Source: Marsupella aquatica (Eukaryota > Plantae > Marchantiophyta). From it: a stretch of 64,000 nucleotides of DNA. Both the position numbers and the translations under genes were made by a program. Position 1 is the stretch's first letter. Every line of letters starts with the position of its first letter. Location: the NCBI GenBank assembly GCA_973895155.1, contig OZ316895.1, positions 16,844,170 through 16,908,169 of the forward strand. The letters run 5' to 3'. Under the pieces are notes generated by a model, which was not told the origin of the DNA, did no database searches, and saw only the letters and a list, made by a program, of their open reading frames with translations. This document shows positions 12,835-25,312 of the stretch, in pieces.

Positions 12835-12952
12835 ACATTGGGGCTTGGTAGGGGTTGACGATAGGGTCCACATTGATTTCATTCCTATTTTCATTGGGGC
12901 TTCGTAGGAGTTGACGATAGGGTCCACATTGAGTTCATTCCTATTTTCATTG
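12835..12952. repeat. Tandem duplication, ~57-bp unit
   Basis: CATTGGGGCTT.GTAGG.GTTGACGATAGGGTCCACATTGA.TTCATTCCTATTTT twice. Confidence 0.9.
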
Positions 12953-13016
12953 TGCACGATTCGCGGAGCTTCATGCTGAGTACGTTATGGAGTGTTTGGA
13001 CTTTGGATCACAATTT

Positions 13017-13845
13017 CACAGGATTCCGGATTCCAGGAGGAGGATTGTAGTTTTGTAGAGTGAGTACATTTCTTACATATTGCCATCCATTGTCAATTTC
13101 TGATGCGACGAACAGAAAGCAAGGGACGCTTCTGGTTGAAATTTCTAGAACGGTTCCATCCCCTTCGACATGCGTAGATGACTCTTCTCTTTTGAGTTTC
13201 TGAATTCTGACAGTCCCCATACGAGCTCTGAGTATGAAGTAGGTGCTACTTGTGGAGGCTTCTCTTTTTCAGCTCACGAGCTCTCTTTTTTGGGTCCATT
13301 TGAAAGCTGCTTACCAGCTTTGTGGTTGAAAGGAGTCGAAGATTCGGTCCACATTTATTTCATCACTATTGCCATTGTGCGCGATTCTCGGAGATTCATT
13401 AGTTCACAGGATTCAGGATCTCAGGAGCACTGGTTCTCCAGTGAGGACGGTTCTTACAATTTGCCATCCATTGTCAACTTCTGGTAGAGGGGACAAGGGG
13501 AGGAACGCTTTCTAGTTGTGACCGCTGACCCCCGGTCGGGCAAAAATGCCGAGATTTCCCACTTTTGAGACGCCCTAATAGAGATCCACAGAACACAGAA
13601 AGCTTCGATCTCCTTTGATTTGTCTTTGATATACGTAATTGACTCTTCTCTTCTGAGTTCTGACAGTTCCACGCCGAGCTTTGACTATGAACTCTTCTCT
13701 TCTGAGTTCTGACAGTTTCACGCCGAGCTCTGACTATGAAGTAGATGTCACTTCTGCTGAGGCCTCTCTTTTTCAGCTCACGAGGTCTGTTTCTGGGTAC
13801 ATTTCCCCGTACATTTCTCAACTGCTTACCAGCTCAGTTGTTCAA
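13017..13845. repeat. Diverged ~400-bp duplication with a nested ~49-bp duplication, upstream of the CAT gene
   Basis: Shared blocks TTGCCATCCATTGTCAA.TTCTG, GACTCTTCTCTT.TGAGTT, TCTCTTTTTCAGCTCACGAG and CTGCTTACCAGCT in both halves; ACTCTTCTCTTCTGAGTTCTGACAGTT.CACGCCGAGCT.TGACTATGA repeats at 13642 and 13691. Confidence 0.75.
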
Positions 13846-14063
13846 AGACATCGATAGATCGACTTTTCTTTTTGCTGCTGAGAAGATGTGTCATGCCACT
13901 GAGATGGGTTCTGTTGGCTGATTTTCCTTTTTCAGCTTCGGAATGAGGAGCCGCGTATTTGGATGAGATGCTACTTTGCTTCTGACGGGAAAACTTCTGG
14001 CGTTGATAAATCTGTTCGACAGGGGATCGAGCTTGGCAGAGCTGATTTAAATTCGTTGGAAAA

Positions 14064-16836
14064 ATGGGAAGTTTTCTCCCAGAGGAGTCGTTCTCGAGCA
14101 TCGGCAATTATGGGCGAGCGTTGGCGCAGACGCCGCATCGGTTTCGGAAGAGATTGTTCGCGAGGTCTTTACTGTCGGAGGAGATGGGAGCCATGGTCAA
14201 GCGGAGCGGGGACGGCATGAAGCGGTCTTTGAACTGGTGGGATCTCTTGTGGATGACTATCGGCTCTGTGATTGGAGCCGGTGTGTTCGTTCTCACTGGC
14301 CAGGAAGCGCACACCGCCGCCGGGCCTTCGATCGTTCTCTCCTATGCGGCGGCTGGATTCGCTGCCATGCTTGCCGTTCTCAGTTACACCGAGTTCGCCG
14401 TCGAAATCCCCGTTGCAGGTCCGACTCTCTCATGCTGCCAACCTTGGCCCTCCTCGTGATGATTGTTGTTGCCACCCTCGTTGTTTTTGTTCTCATCAAT
14501 ATGGGTTGTTCGCTGAGAGTGATCTTGAAAGAAGGCAACTCTTCCAAAATTTCTCCGATTTAAAGATGAAGCGGAATGCATTGATGAAAAAAGTGTGGTA
14601 CGTCGAGACACTTTGTTCCATCTTGAGCCTTGTTTGACCACCTCTGTGCTGGTCGCTTTCTTTCGATTCATTTCTTTTTTTGCATCAGTCTGCTGCCTTC
14701 TGTGGTGTCTCCTTTTCCTAAGCGGGAGGTGGACGACGTAATTCCTTGCAGTGTGCGAGCTTACGAAGGTCGCATTTGGGTCTTAAATCCGGTCCATGTG
14801 CACAGTTGATGCTACTTTGGCAGTTCAGCCATGATGTCGATCAAATCAAATGCCCGTCTTATTTGTTCGTCTTGTACTGTTGGTGTGGGAAAGGTCGTCA
14901 TGTCTTCCCAAAGCCAGTAAGCCCAAGTGTATTCAATTCAATTCAGATGTCCACTGGTATCCACTGTCCCGGTAGTAGTGAAGGCGTTGTAAACCTAGAG
15001 CTCAATTCATGACGTTTGCCAGAAAGTCAACCAAATCAAATGTCTGTCGCGCACATTGGTGTTCATTGGTTGTCCGGGAAAATGTGCATCCCCGGGCCAA
15101 CTCTATTCAATTTATTCCAAGTCTCGCGCTGGTATTGACTGGCTCGGTCGTAAGCTAGGGTCATGACTGTTCGAGAGCTATCATTCTCTTGAACTTGAGT
15201 CAGGTTAATGCCAGTTTCAAGTTTGCAGTAGATTTGGTCCCGCCCGGGCAATTCAGTGATTCCACTGCCCAGGGCACCCACCTCTATCGTTGGCAGGGGG
15301 GCAACACTGGGTCTGTGAGTATCATCGTTTCAAACATTGACCTAACATTTGTAATTGTGACCCCTTGCAGGTGGATCGTTTGCCTACTTGAGAGTGGAAT
15401 TGGGGGACTTCATTGCATTCATCGGTGCCGGCAACATCGTTCTCGAGTACATCGCGGCAGGGGCAGCAGTGGCACGAGCATGGACCAGTTATTTCGCATC
15501 ACTGATCAACACCCAGCCCAACAGCATCCGCTTCCATGTCTCATCTTTTTCCAACGATTTCAGCTACTTAGACCCCATAGCGGTGGGAGTCCTCCTCGTA
15601 ACCATGGCGATCGCAATTTGGAGCACCAAGTGGACGTCTGTCGTGAACTGGATCGCTGGCGTTGTGAACATGTCGATCATAGTTTTTGTCATCATCGCTG
15701 GTCTGGCCCATGCCAAGAGCTACAACTTGACTCACTCCGGTGACCCGTCCCTCAAAGATGGCTTCGTCCCCTTTGGCGCTCATGGAATTTTCCAGGCAGC
15801 ATCTGTGCTGTTCTTCGCTTACTTGGGGTTTGATGCAGTGACTACCCTGGCTGAAGAAACCAAAAATCCAGGGAGAGACATGCCCATTGGCCTGGTGGGA
15901 GCTATGATACTCACAACAATTATTTACATGCTCATGGCACTGACACTCACTCTCATGGTTCCGTATGGTCTCATCCAGGATGAAGCTCCGTTCTCCTACG
16001 CGTTCGAGTATGTGGGTTGGAACTGGGCCAAGTATTTGGTTGCCTTGGGAGCGCTGAAGGGCATTACAACTGTGGTACTCGTTGGCACTGTTGGTCAAGC
16101 TCGCTATCTGACTCACATCGCCAGGACTCACATGATACCCCCCTGGTTCGCCAGGGTCAATCATTACACCCAGACTCCTATCAATGCCACTGCCACTATG
16201 GTTCTTGCTACCTGTGTGATGGCCTTGTTCACCGACCTCGGTGTGCTGGGCGCCCTTCTCTCAGTCAGCACTCTCTTCATCTTTTGTCTAGTTGCCTTGG
16301 CTCTACTAGTACGCCGGTACTACGATCCAGTTGAAACCACAAGAAAGGAATTGCTCATCTTCGTCTCCGCATCGACTGTTCTTGTGGCGGCATCTGTTGC
16401 TATAGCCGGCTACTGGGCGGCCACGAACGTTGATAGCAAATGGGTGGGGTATTTGATCATGGTCCCAATTTGGTTTCTCGCAACTCTGGCCATCCAGCTC
16501 TTCTGCCCTCAGAGGAGGAAGCCCAAGATCTGGGGAGTCCCTTTGGTCCCCTGGATTCCCTCTCTTACCATCGCCGTCAATATCTTCTTGTTGGGATCCA
16601 TGGATAAAAACTCATTCATCCGATTCTGTGTCTGGACTGGAGCGATGTTGGTCTACTATTTTCTCGTCGGCCTGCACGCTTCTTATGACGCTGCTTCTGA
16701 CCTGGCCGTTGAGACGGCCAAAGGAATAAATCCAGAGCTTGATCAATTCAGTTCTGGACCCGAGGGGGGGCTCGTTCACCCGATTCAAACGAACACCTAC
16801 GGTACTAATCCCAAACCTCCGACTCAACACGAGTGA
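14064..16836 (+). CDS. Cationic amino acid transporter (APC superfamily, CAT1/5/8-like), 2 exons, ~606 aa
   Basis: Exons 14064-14418 and 15371-16836. The GT-AG intron joins EIPVA-G-GSFAYLRVELGDF. Motifs GSVIGAGVFVLTG, AGPSIVLSY, FFAYLGFDAVTTLAEETKNP and WGVPLVPWIPS; many hydrophobic segments; 1821 nt in frame. Confidence 0.95.
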
Positions 16837-17347
16837 AGGGCTCCTGTGGACACTTCAAGCGGCTCAATTCAGCTCGATCAATTCCAGAATTCATGAATTC
16901 TAGCTTGAACTAATCAAGGTGACCTGTGAAAGATTTAACTAAATCAAGGTAAACCTGTACTGATTTGAGTTTCCGTGTGACGGTCTCGATTGTACGTATA
17001 CCTGATTCCTTGCGTCTGAGGCAGCATTATGTGCAGGTGCGTCTTCTTAATGAAGGTCGATCAGACAACTCTGTAGGCCCAAATGAATTCGAAGTTCGTT
17101 GCCAATCCTCCATGCGCAATCAATCACCTTCCAGGATATTGAGAAACTTGGATCGAAAACTAACTTTAAGTTTCATGTCCTGTAATGGGTGTCGATACGC
17201 CCTTCTAAGTGAAAGAACACAATTGTCCTGTGAACGTCCTCAAAGCATTTTCCGACATGTTCATTTGAGTTGCACACGGCCCTTTGTTCAGCCTGCATAT
17301 CCGGAATTGTCAAGTTGTGTGGCCAATGGAGATGAGCCGAGAAGATC

Positions 17348-17547
17348 CATCCATGCACACAAAAGCATTCAGGTCATGTCTGAAATTTCCAAACAATGGA
17401 TTCTAGCCTGATATCCATGCACACAAAAGCATTCTCAGGACATGTCTAAAATTTCCAAGCATTGGACTGTCGCCTGATATTCATGCACACACAAAAGCAT
17501 TCTCAGAACATGTCTAAAATTTCCAATCATTGGATTGTGGCCTGATA
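17348..17547. repeat. Three-copy tandem repeat, ~65-68 bp unit
   Basis: CATGCACACAAAAGCATTC..CATGTCT.AAATTTCCAA.CA.TGGA.T....GCCTGATA three times. Confidence 0.88.
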
Positions 17548-18007
17548 CACCCGTACTTGATTAAAAAGGCTATGATCTGAAATTGCACTTGATCAGGACA
17601 ACACGCCTTCCGCATCACGTGATTTCCATTGACAAGTGTCTTCCCCCAGAAAAAGGGGGGCCAGGGCTTGTGTTAGAAATAATCTTTTTGTCCAATTCCT
17701 GTAGAAACCAATTGCTCTTCAAACCAAATTTTATTTTTTCCTAATGGTGATGAAAAAGTGTTTTTCTCAACGTAAAGCCACAATCCATTCCCTTCATTTT
17801 TTGGTTTTTGTAAACATATTATACCAAAACAAAAGGTGTCATTTCATTTTGTAGTGATTGATAGTCCACTCCTATCATTGAGGTCATGTTGCAGTTGATG
17901 CGACAAGACTCATGATTGACACAAAAATGGCAAGATTGAGACAAATTGCAAAGGGATGTTGTTATTGTGATCAAGCAATCATTGCTGCCATGTGATTGTT
18001 GGTATAG

Positions 18008-18191
18008 CAATACCCAATGTGAGTTGTACAAAATTGTCAATGATGAGATAAAAAATTACAAGTGCGACAAAGAAGTGTTATTGTTCCAATTGTGTGATTA
18101 TTAGTAAAGCAATTCCCAATGGGAGCTGCAAAATATTGTCAAATGATGCCATAAAATTTTACAAGAGAGAAAGAAGTGTTATTTATCCAAT
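18008..18191. repeat. Diverged tandem duplication, ~102-bp period
   Basis: CAAT.CCCAATG.GAG.TG..AAA.ATTGTCAA.TGATG..ATAAAA..TTACAAG...AAAGAAGTGTTATT..TCCAAT twice. Confidence 0.75.
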
Positions 18192-19411
18192 GGTGTTAGC
18201 TATATAGTCATGTTCATTGGTAGTGCATTTTTTAATCGTTTCAGTTGGGTGGTTATTGTTGTGAACATCTTATTTTTAGAGACTCCATCAATGGGAAGTT
18301 ACTTCCCAAAATTCCTGGATGCACATGCAACCACTTCAGCATGATTTGTCACAAAGTAACAAGAATAGTTAATTATGCAAGAAGAACCAAATTTGATTAT
18401 TTGTGTTTGAGGCAAGGCAAAAAAAAAAAACAATTAAACATACCGTGTAATACTAAAAACAATGGAAAACTGAAAAGTAACATTTCAAGTCAACAAAGAA
18501 AAAAGTAAAATAGGGGTGGAAAAAATTTCTTTAGATGAGTTGTGATTGAAATATCAGTGTTTTCTGGGTAATCTGTTTCAATTTTCTACTGTATTTAAAC
18601 ATTTTTGAAATAAGTAGAAAGTAACTCTTTAACTACTCTAACATTTACCAAAGTAACATAATAAACCCAAAAAGCTTTTTAACTTCTCTAGCATTTACGA
18701 AGGTAATTTAAGAAACTCTTTGGCTACATACTATGGATAGAGGAGTAACAACTATGGATAGAGGAGTAACAAGCAAAAGGTAAGAAACACCAAAACTATT
18801 ATGAGTAGAGGAATACCAAGGGATGCTTTCAAATACTATGGACAAAGTAATATTTTGCATGAACTCTAGTATGAAATGTTACATGTATTGTATAGACATA
18901 GAGGTACTAAGTGATACATTTGCATGGAGAATTACCCTCTATATTATCATGAATGTACTCATATTTGTCTTTAATGAAATTGTTCTAATTATCTTTAAAA
19001 TTCACTTCATTTAGATTCCTCCATTTAATCTTTGTCCTCTGACTCATCTATCTACTCTAATGTGCAACTCTTCAGTGCTCCAAATTGTTTATTAATAAAA
19101 CAAGCTTCTATCCATAATCAAAGGGTGCTCAAACTAATTTTTACTAATGTTGTTGCTATGAATGGTGTTGTGGGGAGGACAATAGTGAGCCACCTGGGAT
19201 GGCAGAACACATGATGGCGGCCATTATAGCATTATTGAATCCAAGCATGGTTGCACGAACAAGAGAGTGGATCTTAGTTCCTTTTGATGTTATTGTAAAT
19301 TTCTTTATATCTAAAAAACCTTACACACATTCAAAGTTTTGTGAAATTTTGAAATTGTTTTTAATTTTCATTCATACATTTTTTAATTTTGGGCGCGCAC
19401 AGGCACACATG

Positions 19412-19518
19412 AGGCAGAAGGGGTGCATGGTTGGATTTTTTGGTGAAGGGTCAGGATTTGCGCTCAGGCAGAAGGGGTGTATGGGTGAATTTTTTGGTGA
19501 ATGGCCAAGATTGGCTCC
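19412..19518. repeat. Tandem duplication, ~54-bp unit
   Basis: AGGCAGAAGGGGTG.ATGG.TG.ATTTTTTGGTGAA.GG.CA.GATT twice. Confidence 0.8.
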
Positions 19519-21638
19519 CGCCATTCATGTATTCTGTTTGGGCCTCTCTTGTGCTTTTGTCATCTGATATATAGTATATAAGTTTTTCATTATTTTTGTA
19601 ACGGATCATTCTATTCTTCCCTCAAATACCCTACCCTCGGATACGCTTTCAGGATTTTGGGTTCCCAATGCTCGACTTCAACCTCTCCGTCTCAGATACT
19701 TCGTCCAGCCAATAATATAAAAGTGTCTCCAAACAATGGACGGAAGCTGATGGGAGAGGAAAGCTTCGGCACATTTTGAAAGCTTCGGCACATTTTGAAA
19801 GCTTCCAGGTAAGTTACGGTGAGATCCAAATCTACTCGAGCCATCTAATCAGCAACCATGTAATTGTTACAATAAACGCACCGTCCTTCAACATAAGAAT
19901 TGAAAACTGTTAGAATTATGTGCTATGTGATCTCCACAACGGCGAGGAAATTCTACGCAGGGCCCCACTTGATTCATAGACAGGTCGTTGCTTCTAATCT
20001 TTCCTCCCTTTCATGTGTGACGAAGGGGTTTAGTTGTTCTGTGTTGGCTGGGAAAAAAGGAAAAAGGAAACTTCCAATTTCTACCCAATACAGGTTGTAT
20101 GCAATGAGCCTTCCATTCGGCTCATAAAATCAACTACCTGTAGTGCTGGGACACTGCGCCATGCAACTGCGTGGTTCACTTTTTCAGTAAGTTTTCTAAA
20201 GAACTCAACTAAAAAATACAGAAGCAGCTTGTTGGTGAGCAGTGTCATCCAGCTCTACTGTAAGGTACAGTACTGGAGGAAAAGTACGTGCAGTCAGTTG
20301 ACAAAGATATGGCTTCCAAGTACAAGTCCACTTTTCACATTAAAGAAAGGTGAGCAAGTCTATGCGAGGTCAATGCATTGTCAAGCGTAACAGATATTCC
20401 CACTTCACTCTGCTTGCGTGTATTAGCTTCCAAGTCCCTACCAGCTCATGAGGCTGGCAGACTATCGAATGTTTGGTCCTCTCTCCGGACTTTTTCCAAT
20501 TTCCACGCTTTTTTCTTTGTACTTTGCTGGCATTTTTTAGACAAATTAGTTCTTTCTTTCATCCACTGCATAAAAAGGAGCGCTAACTTCAACTCTTTCC
20601 AGATCCTCTTTCACCTGCAGCGATTAGACACTCCAATATAAGCCAGTTCCTACAAGAATCAATATTAGTGACGCTCTCATATTTTGGTTCATCTTAGGCT
20701 TTTGTTCTGATCAATCAAACGTCTCAGTAGTAGTCTCACTTCAAACTGCGTCACCATTATTGTAGATGTGGACCATCTGGACTTCATAATGTTTTTAATC
20801 ATCACCATGCCAACTATATCTATAAGTCCACTTCAAGTTTTAACACTGGCCCATGAACGTTGAGTTCAATGGCACACCTACTGCAAAGAGGGACGTGCAA
20901 AGTGCTCCGTGATTATTATTTATTTTGGTGCTCCATGATTGATTCCACTGTCGTATGGTCCCACAGTACGTCAAGACCGTTTTGTTGTGTGAACAAAATT
21001 GACAAGGCTTTCTCCTCCGCCAACCATCATTGAATTATACCTCTTGTCCTTCAGACACATTGGCTGACGCTTCCCATATTGTCAAAGCATGACCAAACGT
21101 CCACGTGATAGAGTAGACTACTCTGGCAGCACGGCAGAATATCTAAAATTGTAAATAATAATGTCTAGAATGGACCTCAAATGGTATCATCAACTTGAAT
21201 TAGGTGATAATCTCTAAGTTAACAAATTACCACAGTTCTAGAAAGAAATTCAGATCTTCGAACACCTTTAAGTGAGGACCACTGGCCAGAACGTAGAACA
21301 CAGGAAAATATTGCTGCCACTCGACATTCTTAGAAAATCGATGGCAGGGTAGGAGCAGACACTAGCCAAAAGGGGCCAGCTCTCTTCTCATGTATCCCCT
21401 CTCCAATCTCCATTTCAAAATCTTATCAAAACTGACTGGATACATGTGCTTACAATTGTTCTTTGCTTGACTTCGATACATTTGCTCTAGAGGGATGAAT
21501 TCCGTTTGGACAATCTATCTATTGAAGCATCAGACATGAGTCATTTCGTTGGCAAGGCAAATTGGAAGAGAAGGACAAGGGGATAGAATTCTGCTTTCGA
21601 GTCAGTTTCCAGTCACCGGAACACAATTTTCAATCTGG

Positions 21639-21923
21639 TCACCAGTAATCGCCACAAGAACATATGCCATCTTTAAAATGATGAAAGCGATTGACGTCCC
21701 TGGCTACAATCTCGCGCCCAGTCAGCTTGGAGATAAACTTGGTTGCAGTATGGCAATCTGAACACACCCAAAGGTTCTTCCATACACGAACTGGTTTTCC
21801 CCGTGGTATCTGCATAAGTCCATAAGCAATAGCCAACTTCTCACTATGAGAGCATAGTGCTAGTTCTTTATCCTCATTGATGTCATGCAACACAAGTCGG
21901 GTATCTGGAATCCATCCACCCAA
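21639..21923 (-). pseudogene. Isolated DYW (RNA-editing cytidine deaminase-like) domain of a PLS-class PPR gene
   Basis: [31 protein letters not shown]...[44 protein letters not shown]-stop. HxE and CxxC are intact. An in-frame TAA lies 7 codons upstream of the ORF start; there is no N-terminal ATG and no PPR/E repeats nearby. Confidence 0.88.
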
Positions 21924-24900
21924 AGTGCTTTCCTTGTCATATTATGATTGAACTCACGTGCCTGGGCTTCCCCTGTCAGCATCACAACCCATGTCAGCAT
22001 CACAAACCATGATCAGACCTCCAGGATTTCCACGAGGTGCAATGAATTTGTGTTTATTTCTTAAGGACTATATCTCACAACGATATTTCTACAATAAAAT
22101 GTTAACAGTCCTACGGCTAGGATGCATGCCTACCTCCGTCGAAAGATGTATTTTCTTGTCTACTTTGCTCTGCAGTGACCTTTTGTACAGATAACTTGCA
22201 AAAGTAATATGACTCCTTTTCAATTGAGAGTAACGGCTATCTGTCAAGAATTACTGAATAGATGTTAGAATAGAATACTCCAATGACTGTGAAAGGAATA
22301 TCCAGGTAGTTCCAAGTCTCAAGAAACTCGTTCATACTCCGGTATTTCACTGTAAGCAAAGAAAGGACGTAGTCAAGGGCCTATCGAATTGGCACTAAAA
22401 ACTGTTTTAATCAGTCACATGATATCCTTGGTTTGTTCGTAAAATGGACTCTTAGGGCACCTTGACAGGCGTTCATTTCTAAGTTGCCTTCACTGTCTGA
22501 TTGCAACCTGGCTGGCAGATCTCAGGTTTTAAAACGAAACTACAATTCAGAAATAAAGCCTATCCAGCATACTTTAGATTGGCTTTATAGAATCCATTGA
22601 GAGTACACACATATGCCATAAATGTGACAGCGTCCCCCTCCCTGTGCTTCCTTAGAGATGAAAAAAATAAGCAAACTTAACCTCAAGTCCTCATCACATA
22701 AGTCTCATAGCAGGAATTCATGCGCCTGCAAATGTCACACTGTGGTGCTGGAACACGGGTTTTTGTTTTAAAGTAGGTAATCACGACGTTGAAATCGCTG
22801 TTCAGACTTATTACCTGAAGGCCTTGTAAAGGAACAATGGCTGGTGCCAATCAAACCGGAAGATGAAGGGTGAGCTCTGCATATATTGGTATGGCTGGTG
22901 CAATACCAGTCAAACGTCTTTATTGAGAATGTATTCAAGGTCGCTTGGACACATCATAATCCAACAAAATCACATGAATCCAAAATTAATCATACCTGGC
23001 TGTGGAGTGTTGCCTAAAACGGTCCATATTCAAAATTTCCATCCAGTCAGCTCCTGTTGCGTGCCGGGACATACATGGCCTAATCGTACAGTTGTGAAAA
23101 ATATTATCTTACCTGTTGACAAACATTCAAATCAGTCCAAAGTAGTGTAATCTTGCAGAGCCCTCACATTTCAAGGCTCGTCTTTCTGTGCCCCTCGACT
23201 AATGAAAGAAAATTCACCAGGCGAAGGCTCTGTTGGGGAAACCTTACCGGGGCAGAGAAATCTAAGCTCAACGTAACAGTTGGAGGTACCCCTAGAAGCA
23301 TAGCAGTTCTCCAAGATCTCTTCATCCTGTATTAAGAATAAAGATTGCTGTACTCTTTCAAGAATTAATCCCAGCTTTGCCATCCAAACTTGAGAATCAA
23401 AACCACAAGTTTTATTGGAGTATGACAAATTCTCCCTTTCAACTCCCAAAGCAACCACCGCCGTACCTGCACGTTGCCCTCTGAAAAACTTTGGTGCAAG
23501 TGCGCTTGTTTATTGCCATCCAAGAAAGAACCATTTCGAACCAAATTGACCTGCATACCACAAAGAAAAATTGACGACATTTATTCAAAGAAGAACTTGT
23601 GTACGAGTGATATGCAGTAAGTAGCAAATTGGGCAGCGGGCTCGACAATTCATTCAACAACTAGTTGATGCAATTGGGCACAAAATGATCTAGATTATGA
23701 TGGCCATTAAAAGAAGCTCCGAACCGAACATATGGTTAATAGTTTAACATGTCTGAAAATGTAAGGCAAATGCAATTTATTGCAGGCAGTAGGAGGCGTC
23801 ATCCAAAAATTGAGCAGGAGTTGAAGCAGGATGGGGAGACGAAGAATTATCCCGGGGTGAAAAAGAGACACTGTCTCGCTTCCTTGGGCACTAAGAGTTC
23901 AGAAGTATTATGGCCCAGCAATTTAGGGTTGAAACGCAGAAGAATATCGAGTATAGCAAGGGGGCTCTACTAGGAATTCTCTGCCAAACGAAATCGCGAG
24001 AGGCCGTGTAAAAGTGGTAACGCAAACCTAACAGGGCTCGTCAGCATGAAGCTACACACAGCTCGGTGTAAGCTCCCCGAAAGCAAATAAAGCAACATTA
24101 AATAATGAGCTACCACGAGTTAGCAGATTGCGAATGCTAGAAGCATTGTCAGCTTGGGACGGCCCAGAATTAGAGATAGCCACCGGGGAATTCCTTGGAT
24201 TCATGTAGAGATCTGGGTGAAGAGGAGGTGGAACCCTGAGAAGACAGCAGTGTAAAACCGTGATCTGTCACTCGAGGTCTTTCGCACAAACCTTGATCTG
24301 TCACTTGCAATTCAGCTGACTGAGCCGAGATAAATGAGCTTAACTGAGCTATTCCAAACCGGACTGGGATTCGACTGGAGATTGGTTGCCTCCGTCTTAA
24401 ACAGTCTCCGAAAAACAGTGTCGCCGTTGATCCAATTGAGATGCGGTAAAAGAAGAGATCTGAATGCTGAGCTGAGGATTCTCAATAGCCACAATGATCT
24501 GCATCACTCAGAGAAGACTTAAATCAAAATCAAACTAAGATTCCGTAGTCGTCTGAGACAATACATCCAGAGTTCGCGACTCTTCAATTGTCTCAAGAGT
24601 AGATTGATTGGCAGGAAGACGACATGTAAAGTATCGCCATGACAACCCGGTCAAATAAAATTAATGTGCAAAAGCCCTCCGAAATAACTGCAAACTCGTC
24701 AGAGGTAGAAGTTGCTTGTCCCAGCTCATCAATTCAACCCGCGGCTTAGATATTGAATCAAATATTGCTCTCTCTATCGTCTGTGTCATGAAAGTTCTTG
24801 AATTAAGCTCCATGTTTACTCCCGGTGAAATGGCGAAAGAAGGAGAAGTTGGCAGGGACCAAGCATCCAATGTGAGCTACCAAGCAGGAGATTGGTAGCC

Positions 24901-25127
24901 TCTGTCAGGAAGGAATGTATTGTTCAGCAACAGTCGTTGGAGGTTCTGCCTGCCAGACCTTGATATCTCCCAGCTTCAATTACCAGAGCTACGCTCGCTG
25001 AAAATTCAGGCCTGTTGTTGCATTTCGTGCCTTTGTTGATAGAAAATTCGCAACTGAGTTTAGCCTCGTAATTCTCAGAGACAAGCTTTCCTACATTGTG
25101 TCGAAGTAGTGCTCAAATTAATTAACC

Positions 25128-25312
25128 TCGAGGTTGTTAACCCCACCAAGTATCAGTGATTCCCATGGGTAACAAGCCTTGAGGTTGTTAACTAAACCAA
25201 TTATCAGTCACTCCCATGGCTAACTGGCGTCGAGGTTGTTAACCCCACCCATTATCAGTCAATGTTATTAACCCCATCAATTAGGAACTCCAATGTTATT
25301 AGCCCCATCAAT
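25128..25312. repeat. Tandem repeat, ~52-bp unit x3 plus decayed partial units
   Basis: GAGGTTGTTAAC...ACC.A.TATCAGT...TCCCATGG.TAAC at ~25130, 25181 and 25232; partial TTATTA.CCCCATCAATTA twice. Confidence 0.8.

Noticed and set aside
15189-16830. Alternative-frame and antisense ORFs (184, 198, 105 aa) over the CAT gene
   Set aside because: Shadows of the real coding exon
25128-25312. CRISPR-like appearance of regular repeats (also 44987-45258)
   Set aside because: The intervening segments are themselves homologous, there are no cas genes, and the context is eukaryotic
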